A stretch of DNA of 64,000 nt from an uncultured virus (IMG/VR IMGVR_UViG_3300024270_000055) (Duplodnaviria > Heunggongvirae > Uroviricota > Caudoviricetes), in IMG/VR virus record IMGVR_UViG_3300024270_000055; one strand, 5' to 3'. Each line of letters opens with the position of its first letter. Within the stretch, counting starts at the first letter, position 1. This document shows, piece by piece, positions 17,612-27,570 of the stretch. Under the pieces are notes generated by a model. The model ran no database searches. It saw nothing but the letters and a program-made list of their open reading frames with translations, and was not told the origin of the DNA. Both the position numbers and the translations under genes were made by a program.

Positions 17612-20600
17612 TTATATTTTTAGTTTGTTACCACTCTTGTCTACTACACGGTTAAAGAGGTCTCTTATTTCAGTAGCAACATCTGCATTCCGTTTCGTAT
17701 TTGAAACAATCATCTGCAACTGCTGTAATTGAGCTTCAGCAATGATGCTCATTCTTGGGAAATCTTCACCAATTAGTTTTTCGATAAGAGAACGCTGCGC
17801 AGATAAGTCGCCTCTAATTGAATTGAGGTAGCTTCCAACGAGATTTGCCGTATCTTCTGTTACGGATTGAGCACTCTTTGAAAGACCTTCTTTTTGGTCT
17901 CCCTCTGTGTCGTCAAGGATTCCACCAACAGCCTCGTTAATCTTATCCCAATAATCGTTTGATGCCTCAATTTGACCTTTTAGTTTGTCAAGTTCTGATG
18001 CAAGTCCTTCGGCTTCACCCTCAGACATATTCATTCCGTTTTCAGAACCGATAGTGAATATACCGTTTCTTCCGAACATGTATTCACGAAGGTTATCCAT
18101 TGCAGGCTGTATGAACTGAAGACGTATTGCTTCTGTCGCAAGCTCTCTGAGGATTCCTGCAACGGTGTCGTCAAATGCTTTAGCCGCATCTTCACCACTG
18201 GCAAACGCATCAGTCAATGCTTCCGCAATCTGACTAGCCCAACCTTTTATATCTACACCGTATTGTTCATTAGCCCAATCCTCGTAGAAATACTTGATTT
18301 GGTCGTCAAGCTCAGCAATCTGATTCTTGTAGTCTTCAAGTTTCGACTTGTCGGTTTTCTTCTTTTCATCTTCAAGCTCATACTGCTTTGCTAGTTCCGC
18401 ACGTTGTCCTGTCAATGATTCAAGCATTTTTAGAGCTTGGTCGTTTGATACACCTTCAAGTTGTCTTTCGATAGTTCGTTCTAATTGTGAGTATGCATTC
18501 TCTAGCTTTTGAACCTCAAGCTGAGATTTCTTGATTGCTTTGTCCAATTTCTTGTCATGCATTGCAGCGATAGAACCTATAATTCCAGTCACTCCACTGA
18601 TACCACCATAGATACCACCAAGAATATCACCACTGGCAAATGAAGCTGCTGCTTTACCCAATGTGCTGACACCATTCAGCATATCTCCTGCAAAAGAGAA
18701 AGCATCTGCCAAATCTTCATTGCCTAATGCGTCAAACATAGAAGAAAGCTCGTCAGACGCTTTTGCTGTAGCCTCGGTAAGAGCTGACATATCTTCCAAT
18801 GCTCCTTCAAGAGTTCCTTTCTTTTCTCCTTCACCTAATTCACCTTTACCTCTAAGAGCATCCCAAATTCTTGTCAGTGGAGTTTCTAGTTTCTTAGACT
18901 TGTCTTCAAGTTCTTCTAACAATCTAAGAAGCTCCTTATATTTTTCAATGCTTATTTCTTGAACTTTCCCGTTCTCATCAGTAAAGCTATATCCAGTAAC
19001 AACATTGTCTTTATTCCTGTTTTCTTGGCCGTTTCTTACAAGTTCTACAAGTTTCTTTGTTCGCTCATATAATGATTGAACCTCAGTTCTTGCAAGACCC
19101 GTCGTATCAACAAATAGTTCGGTGAAGGCTGGACTTAGAGCAAACAATTGAGCCTTCAAGTCCGATATTATCTTGTCAAATTTCTCAGCCGTTGCTGTAT
19201 ATTCAGGTGTATCTTCCTGCAAAGGAATAAGAGCTTCCCATTTCTTGTTGGTTTCAGCTTCAATCTGTTCTTGGATACTCATTGCATCCTTAATTGCATT
19301 ACCTGTATTTATCTTTAAGTCAATACCATTCTTCTCGATTCGGTCTTTGATTTGTTTCCAAGAATCATACAAGTCCCCATAGAAAGCCTTGGCTACATTG
19401 TCTGAAATATTAAATTCCACCGTAGTGTCAAGACCTTGGCTTTCCAATGCTCTCTTCATTTCTTCAAGCATTTGCTCGGCAGCTTCATCCCATACTGGAG
19501 TAACAGTGAATGCAGTAGATGCGAATTGCTTGTCGCCCGTCAAGTCAAACAATTGCTTGTACAAGTCCCATTGTGAGGTAATACGTTCCATTTCAGACTT
19601 AACACCGTCTGCGAATGCCTTTGCAGCTTCCTTACCTGCCTTTTCATTCTGCTTCGCTTCGTCTTGACGTTGCTTTTCACGTTCCTTGCGTGCTTCTTCC
19701 GCAGCCTTGATTGCTTCCTCGTTCTTACCTCCGAGAACTCCGTAGTAAATTTTCTCGTAAGCCTCCAATTCAGCATCAAGATTGCCGAGCATGGTTGAAT
19801 AATTTGCCGATTCAGGGTTGAGCAAATCCTTTTTTTTCTTGATGTCATCCATGCCTTGCTTGATTCGGTCAAAGTATTCCCATACATCAGTTTCCTTGTC
19901 GGTAGGAATGAGGGACTTCAAGCCTGATTCTTCGGCTATTTTCTTGGATTCGGTGTACCACCTTGACGTCCTTTGACTTTGCAGCTCGGCTTCTTTCTTC
20001 TCAACTAATGCTATCTTTTCTAGCAACTTCAATCTTTCCGTTTCAAGGTCTATCACATCTTGCGCTTCCTTCTTTTTCTGCTTTTCAGATTTCAAGTCAA
20101 TTTGGTTTCCGAAGCGGTCGTACATTATCGAAGAAGAATCCCTTGTTTTTTTTGCTTCCAAGATTTTCTTGTCCAAGTCTACAAGATTGGATTTAAGTTT
20201 TTCCTTTGTTTCTTCTTTTGCGGCTTCTGTTATCTTGTTTCTTAGTTCAAGCTCATCCATAAGTAAAGCTTGCTCCTTGGTCATGCCTTCAAATATGGAA
20301 GGATACAAAGACTTAATCGTTTCGTAAGCCCTTGACCTGTCTTCGATTGATTTCTTTTCGTTTGACATTACAATCGCCATGTCTTGAGCTTTCTGCTTGT
20401 TCCTTTCAACAAGTTCAGATTCCTCGGCAATTTTAGCATTCAATTCAACAATAGCATCCGACGCATCTTCTGAATTGCTTCTTAACGCAACAACAACTCC
20501 AACAAGCGTTGCCATCACGCTAGCAAACATCCCAATAGGGTTCTTTGTTACTACATTTCCAAGTAATTTGAATGCGGCGCTGACACCGTTCGTGGCCTTT

Positions 20601-21997
20601 CCTAGAAACTGCATTGAAGTTATAGCCCTCTGAATAACCTCTAGCTTGATGGCTGTCTTTTGGATGGCGGTTACAGCAATCAAAGCAGCTTTGTAAGTCC
20701 CATAAGCTGCGACAACAGCCATAATTGCGTTTTGTATTTCTCTCCAATGATTTAATATACCCGTCAGCATATCAAGAGTGCCACCAAGAGCATCGTTATT
20801 AGAATTTCCTACTTCTGCAAGAAAAATCTCATAACTATCAATAAGTTTATCCAATTTACCTTTCAAGGTATCGGTAAGTCGCGCTTGCATATTGAAGAAT
20901 CGACCACCTTCATTAGTCAAATCCCAAAGTACAGCTCTTACATCCGCAAAAGGAACTTCCTTCTTGCTGATTCGGTCATACACATCACCTACGCTTACCA
21001 ATGTACCTTCAAGTTCGGTGTATCTCCTAGCAAGTTCAGCAACCAAAGGAATACCAGCTTCTGTGAACTGACGGAGTTCTGTACCTTTCAGGAACTCAGC
21101 GCTGCGAACCTGTCCGTAAGCAAGTATGATACGACCCATATCAACACCAAGACCTGCCGACAAGTCACCGAAACGCTTCAAAGTGTCAAACATTTCTTCG
21201 TAAGGAATGCTGAATGCTGCAAGTTGTTTTGCGTATTTAGTCAAATCCCCGAACTTGAACGGGCTTTCTACCGCCAATCCTTTGATGCGTTGGAAGAGTA
21301 CGTCGGCTTGCTGTGCATCACCCAAGATTGTTTGCAAAGCCACATGTTGCTGTTGAAACTCACCGCTGATTCTAATAATCCCTTCCAAGAACCTGCCTAC
21401 ACGATAAAGCGCATAGGCGTTGGCTACCTGTTCACGGATGCCTGCCATAACACCTTTCTGTCTTTCGGCTGTACGGTTCACACGTTCCATTGCGGAGTTT
21501 TGCTTGTTGGCGGCATTAGCAGAAGCAATCTGCGCCCTGCGATAGTCCTCCAATGCCTTTTGTGCTCTTACATACGCATCAGTTCTAAGGTTTCGTGTGT
21601 CGATAAGATTCTGTCTTACATCGCTCGCAGAAGTATTGTAGTTTAGACCAGCCTGTGCAAACGCTTGTCGGATTGCTTGCTGTACGGAGGCTTTCTTTAC
21701 AACCAAGTCTACATTAGCCTTGAAGGTCTTGTCTTTAAGAAAATCCGTAACACTCTTGGATAGAATGGTCTTATTGGCTTCAACAGCCGCTTTTTTGATG
21801 TTTTTACTTGCAGCCAAGTCAACATTGAAGGTTTTGTTTTTCAATGCAGCTTTTATGTTGGCTTCAAAAGTTCTCCTGTCTACGTCCGCACCGATTTTGA
21901 CACCGACCTTTTCAAGTTTTTTCTTTATCTTGTCGATGTCGGCATCGGTCATATCACGGAGCAATATGTCAAAGTACAGATTTCCGAGGTCTGCCAT
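17612..21997 (-). CDS. Tail tape measure protein
   Basis: 1461 aa, helical; tape-measure N-domain (AVESPFKFGDL...AYGQVRSAEFLKGTELRQF); follows the chaperone genes. Confidence 0.92.
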   Translation of the reverse strand: MADLGNLYFDILLRDMTDADIDKIKKKLEKVGVKIGADVDRRTFEANIKAALKNKTFNVDLAASKNIKKAAVEANKTILSKSVTDFLKDKTFKANVDLVVKKASVQQAIRQAFAQAGLNYNTSASDVRQNLIDTRNLRTDAYVRAQKALEDYRRAQIASANAANKQNSAMERVNRTAERQKGVMAGIREQVANAYALYRVGRFLEGIIRISGEFQQQHVALQTILGDAQQADVLFQRIKGLAVESPFKFGDLTKYAKQLAAFSIPYEEMFDTLKRFGDLSAGLGVDMGRIILAYGQVRSAEFLKGTELRQFTEAGIPLVAELARRYTELEGTLVSVGDVYDRISKKEVPFADVRAVLWDLTNEGGRFFNMQARLTDTLKGKLDKLIDSYEIFLAEVGNSNNDALGGTLDMLTGILNHWREIQNAIMAVVAAYGTYKAALIAVTAIQKTAIKLEVIQRAITSMQFLGKATNGVSAAFKLLGNVVTKNPIGMFASVMATLVGVVVALRSNSEDASDAIVELNAKIAEESELVERNKQKAQDMAIVMSNEKKSIEDRSRAYETIKSLYPSIFEGMTKEQALLMDELELRNKITEAAKEETKEKLKSNLVDLDKKILEAKKTRDSSSIMYDRFGNQIDLKSEKQKKKEAQDVIDLETERLKLLEKIALVEKKEAELQSQRTSRWYTESKKIAEESGLKSLIPTDKETDVWEYFDRIKQGMDDIKKKKDLLNPESANYSTMLGNLDAELEAYEKIYYGVLGGKNEEAIKAAEEARKEREKQRQDEAKQNEKAGKEAAKAFADGVKSEMERITSQWDLYKQLFDLTGDKQFASTAFTVTPVWDEAAEQMLEEMKRALESQGLDTTVEFNISDNVAKAFYGDLYDSWKQIKDRIEKNGIDLKINTGNAIKDAMSIQEQIEAETNKKWEALIPLQEDTPEYTATAEKFDKIISDLKAQLFALSPAFTELFVDTTGLARTEVQSLYERTKKLVELVRNGQENRNKDNVVTGYSFTDENGKVQEISIEKYKELLRLLEELEDKSKKLETPLTRIWDALRGKGELGEGEKKGTLEGALEDMSALTEATAKASDELSSMFDALGNEDLADAFSFAGDMLNGVSTLGKAAASFASGDILGGIYGGISGVTGIIGSIAAMHDKKLDKAIKKSQLEVQKLENAYSQLERTIERQLEGVSNDQALKMLESLTGQRAELAKQYELEDEKKKTDKSKLEDYKNQIAELDDQIKYFYEDWANEQYGVDIKGWASQIAEALTDAFASGEDAAKAFDDTVAGILRELATEAIRLQFIQPAMDNLREYMFGRNGIFTIGSENGMNMSEGEAEGLASELDKLKGQIEASNDYWDKINEAVGGILDDTEGDQKEGLSKSAQSVTEDTANLVGSYLNSIRGDLSAQRSLIEKLIGEDFPRMSIIAEAQLQQLQMIVSNTKRNADVATEIRDLFNRVVDKSGNKLKI

Positions 21998-22000
21998 GTC

Positions 22001-22273
22001 TTATTTTGTTTTTATATCGTTAAATGCGTCAATTCCTTTCCGCAAGAAATCATTCATGTTCACTTTTGTTCCCGTCTTGAAATCGGTGCTCTTTCCTTCT
22101 CTCTCACGCTTAGCCTTCCATCTAGCCATCACATCGTCCATTTCTTTCTTGGTATGCTTCGGCTTGTCGTCCTTATTGTGCTTCTTGTAAGAAATGATTG
22201 GCTGGTCGCAAATCAGAAGTTCCAAGTGTGCGTTGCTGAGTACCCAATCCATGTACCAGTTAGGTATTGTCAA
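22001..22273 (-). CDS. Tail assembly chaperone, -1 frameshift extension (gpT-like)
   Basis: Weak TTG start; frame stays open upstream to the A9 run at 22459-22467 of the preceding gene. Confidence 0.7.
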   Translation of the reverse strand: MTIPNWYMDWVLSNAHLELLICDQPIISYKKHNKDDKPKHTKKEMDDVMARWKAKREREGKSTDFKTGTKVNMNDFLRKGIDAFNDIKTK

Positions 22274-22302
22274 CAGCCCCCAAAAGAGGACTAGCGGCTG
22301 CG

Positions 22303-22764
22303 TCAGTTCTGGGTGTTTTTCTCCGTAGGAGAAGGATGCGCCTGCCGAAGTTCTTGAAGGGTACGTTCTGCTTCCTTCCTCGTCATCGTCATCACCGTGT
22401 CCTTCATCCCTATCAGATATATGGTATTCGTCAAGTAAGCCCGTGTCTGCGAGTCCACTTTTTTTTTAGCAATGAGGAACACTTCAAGAAGCTCCTCGTC
22501 AGAATACTTTCTCCATAGATAACGCCAGTAGAACCAGTGGAAGAAAAATATCTTCCAGTATCCGTTGAGCAGTACCAACGAAGCGCACCTTGCACTCAGT
22601 TCGTCTTCCTTCTTGCATGTCAGTATGGTGTCGGACAGCTTTCGGATAACACCTTTCTTTATCCATCCGATACTGTATTTCTTTCCCCTTATTTCAATCA
22701 CATCCTTACCGTTTTCAAGGATGTCGTTGAGTTTCTGTTGTGTTGCGTTGTTCGGTTGTTCCAT
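22303..22764 (-). CDS. Tail assembly chaperone (gpG-like)
   Basis: Between major tail and tape measure genes; ATG at 22764 (MEQPNN). Confidence 0.75.
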   Translation of the reverse strand: MEQPNNATQQKLNDILENGKDVIEIRGKKYSIGWIKKGVIRKLSDTILTCKKEDELSARCASLVLLNGYWKIFFFHWFYWRYLWRKYSDEELLEVFLIAKKKVDSQTRAYLTNTIYLIGMKDTVMTMTRKEAERTLQELRQAHPSPTEKNTQN

Positions 22765-22781
22765 AATTGACGTTATAAAAG

Positions 22782-22812
22782 AAAAGGGCGGTGGCTCTTG
22801 GCTCACCACCCT
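22782..22812 (-). terminator. Terminator/attenuator after the major tail gene
   Basis: Minus strand GGGTGGTGAGCC...GCCACCGCCC followed by a T-rich tract. Confidence 0.55.
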
Positions 22813-22838
22813 AAACTCTGAAAACCTTTTTACCTATA

Positions 22839-23396
22839 TTATGCTTTCGCAAAGTCCAAGAAAGCGATGTCGTCATCGTTTGTTTCGCTTTCGTCAACAA
22901 CCAATGTACCTGTCAAAGCGATTGCAACAGGGGTAGTTGAAGCGTTTTCGAACACGAAACGTGGAGTTACGGACATCTTCTTTACCAATACAGCCTTGTC
23001 GCCTGCTTCGTTCACGAGCACCAAGCCCAAGTCTACCATTACATTCTTCATTGTCAATGAGAAGCCTGAAGCGGTCTTACCGTCGATTGAAGCCGAATCG
23101 ATGTCGTTTGACTCACCGAAGAAGTAGTTGCACAAGTCCTTTGCTGTACTTGGGATAGTACAAGCGAATTCGAACTCACCTGCTGTGTAGCTTACAGCCC
23201 AATCAGTCTGCAAACCGTGTACTTTCACGCTGTTCTTTGTCGGTTCACCCATAGACATAGTAAGGGTGTCAACAAGAACTGGAATTTCCATCTCAGATGT
23301 AACGGAAGAGAAATCACTGATACCTCCCTTTACGGTTCTGACTTCAGAAAGACCCATGAACGCGTCTTTCAATTCTTTTTTAGTTTTATAAGCCAT
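22839..23396 (-). CDS. Major tail tube protein
   Basis: 185 aa, acidic and beta-rich; canonical position. Confidence 0.75.
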   Translation of the reverse strand: MAYKTKKELKDAFMGLSEVRTVKGGISDFSSVTSEMEIPVLVDTLTMSMGEPTKNSVKVHGLQTDWAVSYTAGEFEFACTIPSTAKDLCNYFFGESNDIDSASIDGKTASGFSLTMKNVMVDLGLVLVNEAGDKAVLVKKMSVTPRFVFENASTTPVAIALTGTLVVDESETNDDDIAFLDFAKA

Positions 23397-23423
23397 GTCT
23401 TATATTTTTTAATCGTTTGTAAA

Positions 23424-23828
23424 TCATTTTATTGACAATTCTGCACGTATAAGCATTGCGCTGAATCCTAGCCCGTCATTTCCTTTTAGCATTACCGATG
23501 GTCTTGAAATCTGAAGCACGTTGTCGGAGTAGGGGAGTTGACCGATGATGTCAGAAAGCATCTTCTCCATCTTGTTCTGGTCTTCCATTCCTCCTTTCTT
23601 CAACCGTGCATATATTTCAAAGCTACAGTAACCAGAAGACATTCCATAACCGCCGCCATAAGTGGAAGAGCTTACGCTTCCTACAATGTTGACAACCACG
23701 AAATCCTTCATCTGTTCGGGTACGGCTTGCGGTCTACTTCCTGTGAACACATTGGTAGAGGCAATCTTCCCCAAACTGTATAGTGACTGCATCGCATCCT
23801 TTATCTTGAAATCTTCCTTATAACTCAT
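23424..23828 (-). CDS. Putative tail terminator/completion protein
   Basis: Size and synteny. Confidence 0.55.
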   Translation of the reverse strand: MSYKEDFKIKDAMQSLYSLGKIASTNVFTGSRPQAVPEQMKDFVVVNIVGSVSSSTYGGGYGMSSGYCSFEIYARLKKGGMEDQNKMEKMLSDIIGQLPYSDNVLQISRPSVMLKGNDGLGFSAMLIRAELSIK

Positions 23829-24355
23829 GGTAATGGTTTGAAACTACTGTATAACAATTTCTTGACATTGCTCTCACTGGCTGTTTCTGAAAGAACATTA
23901 AGCTTGTACACGTTCTCCAAGTAGGTAGAGTATTCAGTACCCGTTGTCATGACAATGGAAATACCCTTCGATGGAGAGCCTATACCTTTAAGTATTTCAA
24001 AAGAGGTTTCCATACCCGAAATGCTGTATCGGATGTCAACCTTTCCTCGTACACTTCTAGCTTCGCCTTCATAAGGATTCGCCAAATATACAAGTTCCCC
24101 TTTCTGAACTTTTGCATGTACAGGTGCGTCCATGTCCTCACCACTTGCTACCATATAGTTCAAGTCTCCGTCAACATAGATGCCGCACGCAAAACTTGTA
24201 ATGGTATTGCCTGTAAAGCTTTGGAACTCTCTTTTCGTCAGTGCGTCGCTTACAAGCGCATCGCATAACTTGATGCACTGGTTATACAGATGTCCGAAGA
24301 TTATCTGCTTAGCCTTCTTGAAACCATTATCCAATGCTGCCCTATTGTTAGCCAT
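23825..24355 (-). CDS. Putative neck/tail completion protein
   Basis: FQSFTGNT and EYSTYLE motifs reminiscent of HK97 gp10-like proteins; synteny. Confidence 0.5.
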   Translation of the reverse strand: MANNRAALDNGFKKAKQIIFGHLYNQCIKLCDALVSDALTKREFQSFTGNTITSFACGIYVDGDLNYMVASGEDMDAPVHAKVQKGELVYLANPYEGEARSVRGKVDIRYSISGMETSFEILKGIGSPSKGISIVMTTGTEYSTYLENVYKLNVLSETASESNVKKLLYSSFKPLP

Positions 24356-24358
24356 ACC

Positions 24359-24703
24359 TTAGTTCTTTGGAAGATTGAAATAAATGGTCGTACCTTCATG
24401 TCTGCCGTAAACGACTGGCATGGAGTTGGTTATTACACAAGCAATGAATGTCCCGTTGTAATCGGTCACATCAATAAGGTCGCCCGAATTGACACCTTTT
24501 ACAAGCTTCGGAATGTCAACGGCATATTCACCCTTGATGACCCCGCTTTGCTTGAATGTACGAAGTGTCGAACTTCCGTACATGTGGCATTCCCCTTGGT
24601 AAAAGAGAGATTCAGTACCTTCCTCAAAAGGGGTTTCCCCACTTACATTGTACACCTTGCAAGTGTGAGGGAATCTGGTGCTGTATGCGTCGTATTTCTT
24701 CAT
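24359..24703 (-). CDS. Putative head closure (stopper) protein
   Basis: 114 aa, beta-rich; synteny. Confidence 0.5.
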   Translation of the reverse strand: MKKYDAYSTRFPHTCKVYNVSGETPFEEGTESLFYQGECHMYGSSTLRTFKQSGVIKGEYAVDIPKLVKGVNSGDLIDVTDYNGTFIACVITNSMPVVYGRHEGTTIYFNLPKN

Positions 24704-25101
24704 GCTTTTAACTTTACCATTTTCATACCGAAAGAAGAGAGCTTTATACCCGAATTCACGGTGCTTTCACCATATTTCTTGTATATGGCGTTTGCCATCG
24801 AACGAAGGTGTTTCTTGTCCGAAGCAGACATTTGAGTACCTCCTTCCTTGTGCTTCCATACACCGTTGTTGTCTTCTACATTGCCCGACACGCTTGGTGA
24901 AGAGACAATGCTCATGTAGAGGTCAGCCTTGCACAAATCCCTGTCCCTCTTGCTCATGGCAGTAACGGACGAATTCGGTTCAACGCCCCTGTCTACAAGG
25001 ATTACATTGACGGTGTTTTCGGGAATGGTATAACCGACACAACCATAAAGGTAATCCTCTATGGTCATGTCAGCAGTATAACGGGTTTCAGCGCACATCA
25101 C
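24700..25101 (-). CDS. Putative head-tail adaptor
   Basis: Directly after the major capsid gene; RDLCKADLY helical motif. Confidence 0.55.
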   Translation of the reverse strand: MMCAETRYTADMTIEDYLYGCVGYTIPENTVNVILVDRGVEPNSSVTAMSKRDRDLCKADLYMSIVSSPSVSGNVEDNNGVWKHKEGGTQMSASDKKHLRSMANAIYKKYGESTVNSGIKLSSFGMKMVKLKA

Positions 25102-25104
25102 TTA

Positions 25105-26310
25105 TCAGCCTTTAATTGTCAAGTAATACATCCAACGTACCTTGTTAGGAACGCAGAGACCTGTTACCTCACTCTTGACAACCTGAGTCATTGTCTCGTC
25201 ATTGAAAATCTGACGAATCAATGTACGACCGCCATCATACAATGCGGTACGGGCACCCGGAGTTTCCATGAAGATAGGCTTGCCGCACTGAACGTCACCG
25301 ATTGCACCGTCTGGAACGTAAACCAGTACACCTTCGTTGAAGCTTTCAAGGTTGGTGTATTCCATCTTCTTGCTTGTTACGTTGAACTTTTCAACGACAG
25401 CCAAAGCGTCGATTACGTCGATTCTTGCACCGATGAGCTTTTCAATGAATGCCTTGATTGTATCGTCTGGAATCAATGCACCGAAAGCTGAAGCTTGGTC
25501 AGCGTCGCTGATGTCAGGACGGTTTGCCAATACATACATCTTGCGGAAGTAAGGCAAAGAAATCAAGTCTTCGTAAGTAGTCTGCGAACATTCCCAGTGA
25601 CCAGCAGGAGCGAAGTCCTTGCGTGCTGCGTTCAACTTCACTTCACGCATAACCTTGATTGGGTCGATAGTACCGTCAGTCACGCCTGCTGCCTGTGCTG
25701 CTGCATCTGCGCTCTTTGTGTACCATACGGAAGTCTTCTTGTTCTTTGAAGGAACACCGAAGTCGATTTCTACTGGAACGCCCAACGGGTTGTTTGTTGC
25801 GTTGATGACCAACTTACCCATGTTGGAAACGATTTGATGGCGTTGGTAAAGCATGGTGTTGTAGTTACCGCCAAGCAAGTCGTCCAAGCCGTTGAACAAG
25901 AGCTCCATTACTGTGTCCTCGATTTCTGCGTTGCTGCCACCGATAGCGTCAGCGAGCATCATCTTTTCACGTAGAATCTTGCGGCTCAATACAACTTCAT
26001 GCTTGAAGGTTGGAATACCACCATACTTCAAAGCCATGCCGTCAGTTGACTTGGTAGGACCATCTGAATCAATGTCCACATATCCCGCCATAGTATAAGG
26101 ACGGATAGTCGCTTCAATCTGTTCGAATGTCGGATTGATTGGAATATTCGGGTTCAACGGAAAGCCCGCTTCAGCGAAAGTGCTTTCTGCGTTGTATTTC
26201 TGTGCAAACATGTCTTGGATGTATGCACCAAAGGCGTTTGCGCCTTCGTAGCCCATAGAAGCTAAGCCCTTGGCTACAATGTCATAGAATTGTTTGTCTC
26301 TTGCGTACAT
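25105..26310 (-). CDS. Major capsid protein
   Basis: 401 aa, strongly biased codons, IDFGVP motif; order scaffold-decoration-capsid. Confidence 0.85.
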   Translation of the reverse strand: MYARDKQFYDIVAKGLASMGYEGANAFGAYIQDMFAQKYNAESTFAEAGFPLNPNIPINPTFEQIEATIRPYTMAGYVDIDSDGPTKSTDGMALKYGGIPTFKHEVVLSRKILREKMMLADAIGGSNAEIEDTVMELLFNGLDDLLGGNYNTMLYQRHQIVSNMGKLVINATNNPLGVPVEIDFGVPSKNKKTSVWYTKSADAAAQAAGVTDGTIDPIKVMREVKLNAARKDFAPAGHWECSQTTYEDLISLPYFRKMYVLANRPDISDADQASAFGALIPDDTIKAFIEKLIGARIDVIDALAVVEKFNVTSKKMEYTNLESFNEGVLVYVPDGAIGDVQCGKPIFMETPGARTALYDGGRTLIRQIFNDETMTQVVKSEVTGLCVPNKVRWMYYLTIKG

Positions 26311-26324
26311 AGTAACCTCCTCTT

Positions 26325-26729
26325 TTAAGCTTCACGAACGAATTCAATTTCTGCAAGTCTCACATTGCTTTCAACTTCGGCAGGGATGCCGCTAGCAACA
26401 CGGTCTGCATAAATTCTACCACTCTTCACAACTGCACAAGTAGCGTGAATGCAACCGTCAGGAATGCAAACGTCCTCGAAAATCAAGCCGTTCACCTTTT
26501 CCAAGTTGTCGGCATCTTCAGCCTTCACGATAGTAACTTCCTTACCTGCACCGTTGAAGATTACCATTGTACCAGCACCGATAACGTCACCAGCCTTGAA
26601 GTCGGCAACGTCAAGATAACCACCGCCCTGATACAGCTTGTCTACTCTCGACCAAACGGGAAAGTGACCGCCAAATTCAGCAGAACCCTGTGCGATGGTG
26701 TTGAATGTACCTTTCTGTAAATTCACCAT
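26325..26729 (-). CDS. Head decoration protein
   Basis: 134 aa; VIGAGT...GLIFEDV...VVKSGRIYADR; upstream of the capsid gene. Confidence 0.65.
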   Translation of the reverse strand: MVNLQKGTFNTIAQGSAEFGGHFPVWSRVDKLYQGGGYLDVADFKAGDVIGAGTMVIFNGAGKEVTIVKAEDADNLEKVNGLIFEDVCIPDGCIHATCAVVKSGRIYADRVASGIPAEVESNVRLAEIEFVREA

Positions 26730-26754
26730 GTTTTAAATTGCGTTTGTTTGTTTG

Positions 26755-27399
26755 TTATTTTGGCAACTTGCCTTGGCTGCGCATCTTTTCCTTGAACGCT
26801 TCACGTTTGGCATTTGCCGTTTCTTTGCTAACTCTTTGTGGAGACTGTGCGCCTCCGTATGGTATAGCTCCATCGCCAACGTATGACTTGAGTCTTGTCT
26901 CGTAATCCTTCTTTACCTGTTCCAGTACCGAGTCTATGGTTGAATCGTCTCCTATGCTTGCGGCACTTACGCAATCCTTCCAAAGGTTCTTGTTGGAGAC
27001 ATTCAAATCCCCTCCTTTTGAAAGTGCTTGCGCTCTGAGAGATTCCATTGCAGATTTTTTCTGCGACTCTTCGTTGGCTTTCTTCAAGCCTTCGATTTCC
27101 TTCAGCAAGATTTCATACTTGTCATCCTTGGGAGTTTCTTGAGGTGGAGGCGGTGTCTGCGGATGATTCTTTTCCCACTCGCTTTTGAATACGTTCACTC
27201 GGTTTGCCACTTCGTGATTCAGATTGCCTTCAAAGGATTTCAGAATAGTCGTGTGGGCATTCCAGAACGAATCATTTACCATTTCTTCACTCGAAATCAT
27301 CGGAAGGATGCTTGTTGCATACTCGTCAATGGTTCTATCCGATAGAGCGGTTGTTCCGACTCTGGTCTTCAACTCGGACAAAAGTTTTTCTTTTTCCAT
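26755..27399 (-). CDS. Capsid scaffolding protein
   Basis: Charged, helical, poly-Pro linker; ATG at 27399 lies downstream of the promoter. Confidence 0.65.
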   Translation of the reverse strand: MEKEKLLSELKTRVGTTALSDRTIDEYATSILPMISSEEMVNDSFWNAHTTILKSFEGNLNHEVANRVNVFKSEWEKNHPQTPPPPQETPKDDKYEILLKEIEGLKKANEESQKKSAMESLRAQALSKGGDLNVSNKNLWKDCVSAASIGDDSTIDSVLEQVKKDYETRLKSYVGDGAIPYGGAQSPQRVSKETANAKREAFKEKMRSQGKLPK

Positions 27400-27446
27400 A
27401 AGTTTCTTAGTTTGTGTTGTAGTAAAGGTCGTTCCTTCACTATTTT

Positions 27447-27551
27447 CCGCAAATATAATCCATTGATTTCTAATTAACAAACAAAAAGCATTAAAATTTT
27501 ACTTTAATAAGTGTTATTAAATTGTTATAAGCCAATAATTTACTATATTTG
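27447..27551. promoter_or_regulatory. Divergent late promoters (head-tail operon leftwards, terminase operon rightwards)
   Basis: TATATTTG on the minus strand (27450-27457) and on the plus strand (27544-27551), with a TTAAA-N-CTTTAA element between them. Confidence 0.7.
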
Positions 27552-27570
27552 TGCCAACAACACGAATTTT

